Shown: positions 21,199 through 30,209 of the stretch, piece by piece
How the letters are laid out: each line of letters begins with the position of its first letter
Numbering within the stretch: the stretch's first letter is position 1
DNA from: Desulfobacterales bacterium
GTDB lineage: Bacteria; Desulfobacterota; Desulfobacteria; Desulfobacterales; UBA5852
Reading direction: 5' to 3'
NCBI GenBank assembly: GCA_963674755.2
Contig: CAXXVS010000003.1
Span: forward strand, 64,001 to 128,000
Length of the DNA: 64,000 nucleotides
Translations under genes and position numbers: made by a program
The notes under the pieces: model-generated
Database searches by the model: none
Told to the model about the DNA's origin: nothing
The model's input: the letters and a program-made list of their open reading frames with translations, nothing else

Positions 21199-21807
21199 CT
21201 ATTTTCGCTTTCCTTTTTGTTTGTTCTGGCTTGGTTCGGGATTGACAACTTCGAGAGCCGTTATTTCGAAGCTTTTCATATTTATATTACGAATTTGCTC
21301 TTGCTGTAATTTATTCAGCCGAACTTTTTCATACATTGGCGAATGGGGATCATTGAGTTTGGGCATTCCCTCTAAATTCGTGATAAAATTTGCCACCGTA
21401 TTATTATCTAGAGCGATGCCATCAACATTCATCTGATTACCCTCTATTTCCAAACTCGTCAGCCACATTCTTTCAGCAACAATTTCTCCTGTTAATTCAT
21501 CCAGAATATGGACAGGCAAAAAGCGCTGTTTTTCAAGGTCTTTAATGACATTTTGTCGCATTTCGAGATCTTGCAGCTTTTTACGAATTTCCTTAATTTC
21601 ATCGTTTTTCTGCTTATATAAAGCGAGTTCTTTCTTTGTATCCGTCACATTTGCCGTTAAGCGGGTCTGTTTGCTACCCAAATAGAAATGTACCCAGACC
21701 AGAACGATCATGACTAGCATTAGGCAGAGGAAAAATACCGATACTTGTTTACGGATGTTTTCCTTTTTTCGTGCAGCTCTAAACGGAAGTAAGTTTATAC
21801 GTATCAT
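21199..21807 (-). CDS. pilN: Type IV pilus assembly protein
   Basis: MIRINLLP motif, TM helix, coiled coil and MWLTSL. Confidence 0.93.
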   Translation of the reverse strand: MIRINLLPFRAARKKENIRKQVSVFFLCLMLVMIVLVWVHFYLGSKQTRLTANVTDTKKELALYKQKNDEIKEIRKKLQDLEMRQNVIKDLEKQRFLPVHILDELTGEIVAERMWLTSLEIEGNQMNVDGIALDNNTVANFITNLEGMPKLNDPHSPMYEKVRLNKLQQEQIRNINMKSFEITALEVVNPEPSQNKQKGKRK

Positions 21808-22859
21808 TTATCATCAACTCTTCTGATTGCCAGTCCCATACAGATAGCAGCCTGCGGCGCTATCTGCTGAATATAGGGCGAATCAAACGCATCATCATCT
21901 AATTGCATGTTCTGAAAAGGATTGATCATTTCTACATGCGCCGATGTCTCCGCCCCCAACAACTGCCGAAACTCCGCAATATTCGCTCCACCCCCACCTA
22001 ATACGATTCGCGTAATTTGGTCTTCCGGATAGGTAGAATAAAAAAAATCCAGGGCGCGTCGAATTTCGGTGCACCAATCCGCCACTACTGTCGATACAAT
22101 ATTCTTTAAATCTTCGCTTGAAATCTTATCCTGTTGGTCTCCCTGCTTCAGTTGTTCGGCTTCTTCTACCGAGCAGCCAATCAGTGAAACAATCTTTTGA
22201 TTTATCTGACCGCACCCCAATGCCACATCACGCATGAACACCGAAGCAGTACCCTTTAAAATGTTAAGCGATGTTTTGCTTGCCCCAATATCGATCAATG
22301 CTATATTCTCGCCCTGCGCATCGTAATTCATTTCAAATATATTCTGCAAGGCAAACGCTTCAACATCGATAATGCAGGGGTTGAGACCGGCCATGTTGAC
22401 CAAATTAATGTAATCGTTGACCATTTCCTTTTTGGCGGCCACCAGAAACACATTCATTTGGTTAGGATTATGCTCGCTTTCGCCTAGAATTTGAAAATCC
22501 AAATTCACATCGGCGATATCAAAAGGGATGTATTGTTCCGCCTCAAACTGTATGGTCTCCTGCAATTGTTCTTCCGGCATCGTCTGAACATTTATTTTTT
22601 TAACGATAACCGAATAACCACCTATCGAGACAGCGACATTACTTTCCTTAATATTGTAAGTTTTAAATAGTTGCTGGATTGCGTCTGCAACAGCTTCGGG
22701 ATCATTGATGGCCCCGTCTTCGATGGATCCGGAAGGGATGTCGATCATACCAAATTTCTTGAGAACCAGCCCTTTTTTGCCATCAACAACTTCTCCCGCT
22801 TTAATAGATCGGGAGCCGATGTCCAACCCAACTAATTGATTCTTTTTCCCAAACAGCAT
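21804..22859 (-). CDS. pilM: Type IV pilus assembly actin-like protein
   Basis: VGLDIGSRSIK, EAEQYIPF, IDIGA and LGGGGA. Confidence 0.95.
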   Translation of the reverse strand: MLFGKKNQLVGLDIGSRSIKAGEVVDGKKGLVLKKFGMIDIPSGSIEDGAINDPEAVADAIQQLFKTYNIKESNVAVSIGGYSVIVKKINVQTMPEEQLQETIQFEAEQYIPFDIADVNLDFQILGESEHNPNQMNVFLVAAKKEMVNDYINLVNMAGLNPCIIDVEAFALQNIFEMNYDAQGENIALIDIGASKTSLNILKGTASVFMRDVALGCGQINQKIVSLIGCSVEEAEQLKQGDQQDKISSEDLKNIVSTVVADWCTEIRRALDFFYSTYPEDQITRIVLGGGGANIAEFRQLLGAETSAHVEMINPFQNMQLDDDAFDSPYIQQIAPQAAICMGLAIRRVDDK

Positions 22860-22868
22860 GGATTTCTC

Positions 22869-23069
22869 TTATTCTTTAAAAATTTTATTTTTATCAGAGA
22901 GACTCAGGCCCAATGCCAATAGAATCTTCCTTTTCGTCTCCATTCTACACGGCAAGCCCCTCTCAATTCTTGATATCGTAATGGGTGAAACATTTGCATC
23001 CCTGGCCAACTCCGCTTTGCTCATCAGAAGGGACTCGCGAACTTCTCTCAGTGAGTTTTTGCCGCCCAT
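22869..23069 (-). CDS. Small XRE-family HTH protein leading the pilMNOPQ operon
   Basis: 66 aa, MSKAELARDANVSPITISRIERG; 9 bp from pilM. Confidence 0.88.
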   Translation of the reverse strand: MGGKNSLREVRESLLMSKAELARDANVSPITISRIERGLPCRMETKRKILLALGLSLSDKNKIFKE

Positions 23070-23180
23070 TTAATTATCTACACAGTATTGAATGATTTAA
23101 AGTTATGCTTTCTAAGTGCTTACCCTGTAATTTTTGTTTACACCCTGCCCCTGTGAAGTCAAGCAAATTATGCGAAATTA

Positions 23181-23196
23181 ACATATAATTATATGT
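23181..23196. promoter_or_regulatory. Perfect 16-bp palindrome, candidate operator
   Basis: ACATATAATTATATGT in the divergent xre-pilM / kinase intergenic region. Confidence 0.45.
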
Positions 23197-23673
23197 ACTT
23201 ACTTCATATTGTACTCATGTATGGGGAAATTCACTAGATATTGTGCTTTCTGACGCAGGCATCGATACAAATCGTTTTTTTTACCTAAAAACATGTGTCT
23301 GCTATTGCCCTTATCGGCCGCTTCCCGACTCGGGTTTACAATTTTTTTACCCTAAATTCGTCTATCCGCTCATAGGGGCACGGGGAGTGGACAATTTTTG
23401 GCTTTCACGATAAACAAGAGCTGTAGCCGGGCATGCCGGCATGTTGCGAGCTCTCCTCTATGCTGAACACACAGAGTGAGGTTCTATGATTGGGCACCTT
23501 ACAAAGGGTTTGAGATTCATGAAAGCGCTGCCAATAGGGATAATTTTTATTAGGCGATGAGGCCAACCACACCAAAAGCCTTAAAGTGTATTTGCTGTAG
23601 TTAAAAACCGATGCGCCATTGATTGATATTAACCAGGAATTTTTATTCCACTGTTGAACACTGCGCACAAGCC

Positions 23674-25101
23674 ATGCAACATCTAAAACTGAATCAGCGG
23701 GAACCCGGCAAGCCCTTCAGACTTGTCAAATATTTTACACTGACCAGTCTCGTAGTGGTTTTCGCCGGCGCAATCGTGCTTTCAGCGCTCAATATTCATT
23801 GGGCCCGCCAAATGCAAATTCAAAAGAACGAAGAATACGCCCTCCTGTTAATAGAAAACTTAAATCACCAGATATTCTTGCAATTCATCATTCCAACGAT
23901 CTTAAAGCAGGGATCCATCCATTTACGTGAACCTTCCCAGTATGAGCTTATGGATAAGGTCGTTCGCAGCACGCTGCACAGCTTTAATGTTGATATGGTC
24001 AATATATATGATCTCAACAATACGATTTCATACAGCCTTGATAAAAGTGTCATTGGCAAAAGAAACGCTGGAGGGACCTATTACCAGGATGCGCTGGACG
24101 GGCAGCGTCGAACACGATTGGAACAACGTGGCAATTTCCTTCAACTTTTATTTGGTATTCCCGATGAAAGCAAAATTATAACCTACGCCCCTTTACGCGC
24201 CGAAAAGCCTCTCTCACGAATTCCCGGGCCCGTCTTGGGGGTGGTTGAACTGGTCCAAGATATTTCCTCTGAATATCAAGCGATTTACCGCGTGCAGATC
24301 CGTGTCATTCTTACTTCAATAGCCGTTATGTTGATTCTCTTTCTTGTTCTATTGCTTGTTGTTAGGCGTGGGGAAGATATTATTGAAAAACGCGCTAGAG
24401 AGCGTCTTAAACTTGAGGAACAGCTCGCCCGTGCGAAGCACCTATCCAGCCTTGGGGAAATGACCGCCAGTATTTCCCATGAAATCCGGAATCCATTGGG
24501 CATCATTAAAAGTTCGGCTGAATTGCTCAAAAAGAAGCTTCAAAAACTTGATCCAACAAATCCTATGCCGGGCATTATCGTCGAGGAAGCTTCGCGCCTA
24601 AATGATATCATCACCGACTTTCTGAGCTTTGCCCGCCCTCCTCAGCCTACCTTGCGCCCAGGTCACCTCAGGCCTCTCGTCGAAAAAGCATTGCAACACC
24701 TTGCAAACGAAATCGAAGATCGCCAGGTCCTCATCAATACTCGGTTTGATGAAGGACTGAGTGCCGTGATGATGGACAACGACATGATCTACCAAGCCCT
24801 GCTTAATTTGCTGCTTAACGCCATGCAAGCGATTCAAACCCAAGGCCGTATCGACATAACAGTGACCGTTCAGGGCGAACAGGTAATGTTGATCCTACAG
24901 GATACCGGACCCGGCATTGACGAATCAATTCTCGATAAAATATGGGACCCTTTTTTCACTAAAAAGGAAAAAGGTACCGGACTCGGGCTGGGTATTGTTA
25001 AACAGATCCTGGAAGTTCATAAAGGCCAAATCCGTATTTCGAATGCTTCAAAAGGTGGGGCCCGTGTAGAAATACTCCTACCGATGTACACGGAGATATG
25101 A
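23674..25101 (+). CDS. Membrane sensor histidine kinase
   Basis: Two TM segments, ISHEIRNPL, NLLLNAMQA, DTGPG and GTGLGL. Start re-picked. Confidence 0.9.
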   Translation: MQHLKLNQREPGKPFRLVKYFTLTSLVVVFAGAIVLSALNIHWARQMQIQKNEEYALLLIENLNHQIFLQFIIPTILKQGSIHLREPSQYELMDKVVRSTLHSFNVDMVNIYDLNNTISYSLDKSVIGKRNAGGTYYQDALDGQRRTRLEQRGNFLQLLFGIPDESKIITYAPLRAEKPLSRIPGPVLGVVELVQDISSEYQAIYRVQIRVILTSIAVMLILFLVLLLVVRRGEDIIEKRARERLKLEEQLARAKHLSSLGEMTASISHEIRNPLGIIKSSAELLKKKLQKLDPTNPMPGIIVEEASRLNDIITDFLSFARPPQPTLRPGHLRPLVEKALQHLANEIEDRQVLINTRFDEGLSAVMMDNDMIYQALLNLLLNAMQAIQTQGRIDITVTVQGEQVMLILQDTGPGIDESILDKIWDPFFTKKEKGTGLGLGIVKQILEVHKGQIRISNASKGGARVEILLPMYTEI

Positions 25102-26471
25102 AGATGGAAACCATTCTTATTGTCGATGATGAGAAGAACTATACGGCTGTATTGAGTGCTGTCCTGGAGGAAGAAGGGTTTGAAACCCTTACGGCCAATA
25201 GCGGCCAGGAAGCGCTGCAATTGTGCGAAAAGGAAGAAATCAGCCTGGTTCTCTCTGACATGAAGATGCCGGCGATGGATGGCCTTGAGTTGCTTGAAAA
25301 AATTAAAAAAAAGGCTCCCGACATGCCCGTGATCATCATGACCGCCCATGGCACTGTCGATAAAGCGGTGGAAGCCATGCAAAAGGGCGCCTACACCTTC
25401 ATTTTAAAGCCTTTCGAAAATGAACGTTTGGTGATGTATGCGCACAAAGCCTTAGAGCTCCAACGTCTTGTCAATGACAATCGTCGTTTGCAGGATGAAG
25501 TCGAATCCCAGTACAGCTTTGACAACATCATCGGCAAAAGTCAGTCGATGCAGAATGTTTTTAAAACAATTCGCAAAGTAGGTCCGACCGCGGCCACGGT
25601 TTTGATTGAAGGCGAAAGCGGAACGGGAAAAGAACTGGTAGCCAAATCGATTCATTTCAATAGTCCCCGACGCAATCGATCGATTATCACCGTCAATTGT
25701 GCGGCTTTGGCCGAAAGCTTGCTGGAAAGCGAATTGTTCGGTCATGAAAAAGGCGCCTTCACCGGCGCCATTGCCCGCAAAAAAGGGCGCTTTGAGCTGG
25801 CCGATGGCGGAACCGTTTTTCTCGACGAGATTGGAGAATTGTCTCTCAATCTGCAAGTAAAATTGTTACGGGTTCTTCAGGAAAAGACTATTGAACGCGT
25901 CGGCGGAACTTCCCCCATAAGGGTTGACATCCGCATTATTGCGGCCACCAATCGAAGCCTGAAAGATGAAATTGAAAAGGGCCGCTTTCGGGAAGATCTT
26001 TTCTATCGTCTGAATGTTGTGAAAATCGAGCTGCCGCCGCTTAAACAACGTCCCGAGGATATCCGCTTGCTAATCAACCATTTTGTTAACAAATACGGCT
26101 CCCTTCGCCCCTCCGAGTCCGTTGCCCCGAAGATTGATGCGGAAGTTGAAAGGGCTTTTTACGCCTACCACTGGCCCGGCAATGTACGGGAATTGGAAAA
26201 TATCATCGAGCGGGTCATGGTGCTATGTTCAGGGCCCACGATAACGATGGACGACCTGCCCAACGAATTTCGCGACAACCTCCACAATACCTTACATCTG
26301 GATGCCATTCCGGCCGATGCCCAGCTGTACGACACCTTGGCAATGGTAGAGAAAAAAATGATTGAACGGGCCATGCATATGACCGGCAATGTTCAAACGC
26401 GCGCCGCCGAAATATTGGGTATCGGAAAGAGCGGGTTGAATCAAAAACTCAAGAAATTCAACATGAATTGA
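25098..26471 (+). CDS. Sigma-54-dependent response regulator (NtrC/PilR-like)
   Basis: REC domain, [22 protein letters not shown] and HTH; overlaps the kinase by 4 bp. Confidence 0.93.
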   Translation: MKMETILIVDDEKNYTAVLSAVLEEEGFETLTANSGQEALQLCEKEEISLVLSDMKMPAMDGLELLEKIKKKAPDMPVIIMTAHGTVDKAVEAMQKGAYTFILKPFENERLVMYAHKALELQRLVNDNRRLQDEVESQYSFDNIIGKSQSMQNVFKTIRKVGPTAATVLIEGESGTGKELVAKSIHFNSPRRNRSIITVNCAALAESLLESELFGHEKGAFTGAIARKKGRFELADGGTVFLDEIGELSLNLQVKLLRVLQEKTIERVGGTSPIRVDIRIIAATNRSLKDEIEKGRFREDLFYRLNVVKIELPPLKQRPEDIRLLINHFVNKYGSLRPSESVAPKIDAEVERAFYAYHWPGNVRELENIIERVMVLCSGPTITMDDLPNEFRDNLHNTLHLDAIPADAQLYDTLAMVEKKMIERAMHMTGNVQTRAAEILGIGKSGLNQKLKKFNMN

Positions 26472-26656
26472 CATCCGGGCCATGGCCCCACGGCGACAAC
26501 ATGGTCAACGCTACACCACGTGCAGACCTGTAGGATCTTAGGGGGGAGTGGGGCGCCCCCTCGCGCAGAGCCCCACCGGAGTGTATCGCCTATCGGTTGC
26601 CGGGAAAGCAACGCCCTGTCCGGCAGGTTCAATGTATGGCCTGGCAGCAGAGGGGC

Positions 26657-27349
26657 TCAGCTTCCGGCTTCATCCGCGATCATGCCGGCATACATGGACT
26701 GCGGATAATCTTCCTTGAGCGTCTGTATTGTCTTCGCGTACGCCGTTTCCTGCTTCGTTCTATGATAAAGCAGGGACAGCTGGTAGAGGGCATCGGCTTT
26801 AAAAACCGGATTAGGGCCGTCAACGAGGGCGGCAAAAGCCGCAATCGCTTTTTCATTCTGGCCTGCCGCCGCTTGGGCATACCCCAGCCCGCTCCTGGCG
26901 GCCGATGCCGCAAAGGAATTTTCCGGATAGAGCCTAAGCGCTTCCTCATATTGGGTTGCCGCTGCTTCCGGGCGGCCGGCAAGATAGTTCATCTGGGCGA
27001 AAATCAAGCGGGCTTCGGCCCCGGCCCGACGGTCCCCGTATTTCGTAAACAGCGTTTCGAAATCCGGTGTTACGGCCTCTAACGCTTTGACCGGATCTAG
27101 GCTATCACGTTCCGCCGCAAAATGAACCATGGCCTGGTTAAGCAAAACGAACGCCTGCTCCTCGGCCTTTTTACTAAAATAGCTGGCCGCCAGAGCACCG
27201 GACAGGGCGATGAACAGGATCACGACGACAGCGCTGATCGGTTTCCAGTTGGTTTTTATCTTTTCCAGCATCCTGGATGTCAACGTCAGAAATTCGTCCG
27301 GTTTATCAAGATCACGCTTGCGCGCCCTGGAAATCCGCTTCTGCGCCAT
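26657..27349 (-). CDS. YfgM-like membrane-anchored TPR protein
   Basis: DLDKPDEFLT N-terminus, one TM helix, TPRs and YPQS C-terminus. RBS GGAGG upstream of MAQKR. Confidence 0.8.
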   Translation of the reverse strand: MAQKRISRARKRDLDKPDEFLTLTSRMLEKIKTNWKPISAVVVILFIALSGALAASYFSKKAEEQAFVLLNQAMVHFAAERDSLDPVKALEAVTPDFETLFTKYGDRRAGAEARLIFAQMNYLAGRPEAAATQYEEALRLYPENSFAASAARSGLGYAQAAAGQNEKAIAAFAALVDGPNPVFKADALYQLSLLYHRTKQETAYAKTIQTLKEDYPQSMYAGMIADEAGS

Positions 27350-27368
27350 GCCATTCCTCCCAATTTCG

Positions 27369-27436
27369 GTGTCTATCCAGAAGTGGTAGATTTTGGTTCC
27401 GGCCGGGGCCGAACGGTACCATTTATAGAAAGACAC
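27369..27436 (+). repeat. ERIC/MITE-like element, copy 2 (internally collapsed)
   Basis: GTGTCTATCCAGAAGTGGTAGATTTTGGTTCC...TACCATTTATAGAAAGACAC; terminal inverted repeats only. Confidence 0.75.
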
Positions 27437-27472
27437 GATTTACGCACAGGCCATCCCTGCGCAGCCATTCTC

Positions 27473-28483
27473 TCAGTTGATGTCCCGCCTGATTCGTTGC
27501 CAGGTCTCGTCCGGGATGCTCGCGCCCATGACCCGGCAGACCTCATAGCCACACACCGAGGCCAGCTTGCCGCAAACGTCGAGCGGCATTCCGTTCACGA
27601 GCCCGAAAAGAAAACCCGCCGCCCAAAGATCACCGGCTCCTGTTGTATCAACAATATCGTTCGCCTGAATCGGTTCAATGCGACACACGTGACCGTTGGC
27701 CGCAATCATGCTGCCGCGTGCGCCCAGTTTCAAGACCGCTAAATCCGCCAAATTGGCGAGCGCATCCAGGGCGGCCGGCTCTTCCTGGTAGCCGGTGAAA
27801 GTAGCGGCTTCATCTTCATTGGCCACAACGATATCGACATATTCTTGAACGACGGCTTCTAAGAAATCCCTGTTTTCCTCCACAACGGTGAAGCTTGCCA
27901 GATCGAGCACGATTTTAGCCCCGGCGGCGCGGGCTTTGTCCAGCGCATAAAGAAATAGGTCACGATTATAGATCAGATAGCCTTCGATCAACGCAATGGC
28001 TGCACCCTCAAAAGCGTTGGCAGGGATTTCCGCTGGCGTCATCTCGGCCGCCGCTCCTAAATAGGTGAGCATGGTGCGCTGGGAATCCGGCGTAATCAAG
28101 GATAAGACGCGCCCGGTCGGCGTAGGGGCCTTGATTAAGAATGGATCGACCCGATGTTGACCCAGACCTTTTTCAAAAAGATGACCAAATTCATCCTGAC
28201 CTCTTTTGCCGAGAAAACGGGTCTCGCCGCCAAGGCAAGCCACCCCCAGAATCGTGTTACACGCAGCGCCCCCAGGGACAACCCGTGCCTTGCCGTCCGC
28301 CCGGTGCAGCACCTGCTGGATGGTATCGGCATCGAAATACACCATGCCGCCTTTGGGTACCCCCGCGCGCGCCACAAACGTTTCCGAGGCGGGAACAATA
28401 ATGTCCACCAGCACCGATCCGATGCCGACCACCAACCGGGAATGGTTGCCCAGAAAAAAATCATTTTTCATTGTGTCTTGCAT
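27473..28483 (-). CDS. PfkB-family (adenosine/carbohydrate) kinase
   Basis: PGGAACNT, ANEDEA, LKLGARGS and VDTTGAGDLWAAG. Start uncertain (28483 or 28471). Confidence 0.9.
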   Translation of the reverse strand: MQDTMKNDFFLGNHSRLVVGIGSVLVDIIVPASETFVARAGVPKGGMVYFDADTIQQVLHRADGKARVVPGGAACNTILGVACLGGETRFLGKRGQDEFGHLFEKGLGQHRVDPFLIKAPTPTGRVLSLITPDSQRTMLTYLGAAAEMTPAEIPANAFEGAAIALIEGYLIYNRDLFLYALDKARAAGAKIVLDLASFTVVEENRDFLEAVVQEYVDIVVANEDEAATFTGYQEEPAALDALANLADLAVLKLGARGSMIAANGHVCRIEPIQANDIVDTTGAGDLWAAGFLFGLVNGMPLDVCGKLASVCGYEVCRVMGASIPDETWQRIRRDIN

Positions 28484-28543
28484 CCCGTCATATGGTTCGC
28501 GCTTGTTCGCTGTCGATACCCAAGCTTCATCAAACAAACCTTC

Positions 28544-28664
28544 TAGTGCCCATCCCTAAATGGCATCTTTTAGCCCCTGGCCCGTTCTTGCCTCCTGTCG
28601 GTCCTCGGCATAGCCGGCGACGCCTTACCAGAAACCAACATCTACCGCCTCTGGATGAGCACTA
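28544..28664 (-). repeat. ERIC/MITE-like element, copy 3
   Basis: Minus strand TAGTGCTCATCCAGAGGCGGTAGATGTTGG...GCCGAGGACCGACAGGAGGCAAGAACG...AAAAGATGCCATTTAGGGATGGGCACTA, with TA at both ends. Confidence 0.82.
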
Positions 28665-28673
28665 TCCAAACGC

Positions 28674-29147
28674 CTACCAGATCAATTTCTTATGAATCCA
28701 GCCCTTGTCCCCATCGCTGCTTTCAATATGGATCCAATCACCCTTTTGCTGAAGCACGCGGAAAGGAACGCCTTTCTCGGCTTTAAAAACGATGGTATTC
28801 TGTGTGCCAGGGCCGGATCGGACATTCACCATATCGGCAAGCGTGATGACCGTCTTTTCTTTCCCTAATAGCTGTTCAGAAATCCAGCCTTCATCACCTT
28901 CGAAATCGCGGAAGAACGCCCAGCCGTCCTGCTTGCGGAGAACCTCCACCGGGTGATAACGTTCGACCTCCCATAGGATCGTATACTTCTCCGTACCGGG
29001 GCCGGAGCGAATATTGGCTTTGCCGACGGTTACCGACATGCGCTCGGCCCGGGCCATTCCGACCAGGGTTAGGCTTGTCAGAACCAACAGGCCAACGCAC
29101 CAACTCCATTTGCCACTTCGGCGGACCCGGTCCATTGTCAATGACAT
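28674..29147 (-). CDS. Exported protein with two bacterial SH3 domains
   Basis: Signal peptide and two NIRSGPGT/NVRSGPGT...DGDKGWI repeats. Confidence 0.88.
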   Translation of the reverse strand: MSLTMDRVRRSGKWSWCVGLLVLTSLTLVGMARAERMSVTVGKANIRSGPGTEKYTILWEVERYHPVEVLRKQDGWAFFRDFEGDEGWISEQLLGKEKTVITLADMVNVRSGPGTQNTIVFKAEKGVPFRVLQQKGDWIHIESSDGDKGWIHKKLIW

Positions 29148-29182
29148 GCAACCTTCCTCTTTCACCGCCGCGCTGGCGGTCG

Positions 29183-29844
29183 CTATTGTTTCGCTTCAGT
29201 TCCTCCAGATTTCAATCCAAACGACGCAAGCCCGCCGCCCGGCATGGCCAGATGGCGCACGATCATGCCGCGCCTGGCGATACCTTTCTCATCCACGATC
29301 AGATCACCCGCTTGTCGGTGCATGGCAAGCAGGGCTTGTCGGGCGGCGGCGGGATAGTCCGCAACGCCACAATAGGCACTCCCGGAAGCCGGATCCCAGA
29401 ACTTGAAATCCGGCATATAGATATCCACGACACCACCCAAGAGAGCCAAGGTTTCCGGTGTGTCATATCCGCCGGTGTTGTAAACCAGCGGCAGCCGCAG
29501 ACCCTTAGATGCGGCCAATTCCAGCGCCGCCAGAATCTGAGGCACGACATGCGAGGGAGAAACCAGGTTGACAGGCAGCCCATGCCCTGCAATCGCACCA
29601 TCATATCAGCAAGCTGGGCTGCCGTCACGGGGTGGCCGGCCCCTTCATGGCTGATCTCGTAGTTCTGACAAAACCGGCAGCCCAGATTGCAAGTGGAGAT
29701 AGCAGGGCCATTCATCAGGCCCGATCACGCTCCCTGGTCCACCTCTCCTCCGTTGGGTGGCGTGGGCCGCCTGGAAAGCAAAAATCCGGTCCGTATTCGG
29801 GCTCGAACAGGGAACCGGATGAAGGCGATCGCTTGAATCGACAT
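29183..29844 (-). pseudogene. PflX-like radical SAM protein pseudogene
   Basis: RBS AGGAG plus ATG at 29844. FEPEY, CNLGCRFCQNYEIS and PQILAAL...PLVYNTGGYD...DIYMPDFKFWD...RGMIVRHLAMP lie in different frames; C-terminus missing. Confidence 0.8.
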
Positions 29845-29896
29845 GCTCCTATCGGGCGCTGACAAGCGGACTGTTGCTTCGGCTGGTCCGCCAGGA

Positions 29897-30130
29897 TCAA
29901 GGCCCGGGAATGTCGTAGGTGGTGCAATTCCCGCCGCTGCAAGTCCTGGTTTGCTTTGAGGCCGTTTGTCCCGTGCTATTGTTGACCGCATAGTTGGTGG
30001 TGCTCATGACACGCTCGAAATCTTCCGCGCCGCAATGCGGGCATTGCATTTCCATGGTGTCCTCGCTGCGCACCGCCAGAAATTCAAAAAACTCATTGCA
30101 CTTCAGACACTTAAACTCATAAATCGGCAT
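29897..30130 (-). CDS. FmdB-family zinc-ribbon protein
   Basis: MPIYEFKCLKC...CPHCG...ERVMS. Confidence 0.88.
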   Translation of the reverse strand: MPIYEFKCLKCNEFFEFLAVRSEDTMEMQCPHCGAEDFERVMSTTNYAVNNSTGQTASKQTRTCSGGNCTTYDIPGP

Positions 30131-30209
30131 TGGCAATTCCTCGGCTAATCGTTTGGGGCTCTAATTAAGCCCTTCGATTCTGCCTTGTCAAGCGGCAAGG
30201 ATGTGCGTT

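Noticed and set aside
23170..23210. Possible dif (XerCD) site; one arm ATATGTTAATT resembles the XerD arm
   Set aside because: The dyad spacer is 4 bp, not 6, and there is no XerC-like arm in register. Kept only as an operator candidate.
26472..26656. Possible small RNA between convergent genes
   Set aside because: Only short GC-rich stems; no SRP, tRNA or riboswitch signature.
27350..27436. N-terminal extension of the YfgM-like ORF
   Set aside because: It is translated repeat sequence; a strong RBS supports the start at 27349. The 48379-48468 extension of cooC is rejected on similar grounds (repeat-derived).
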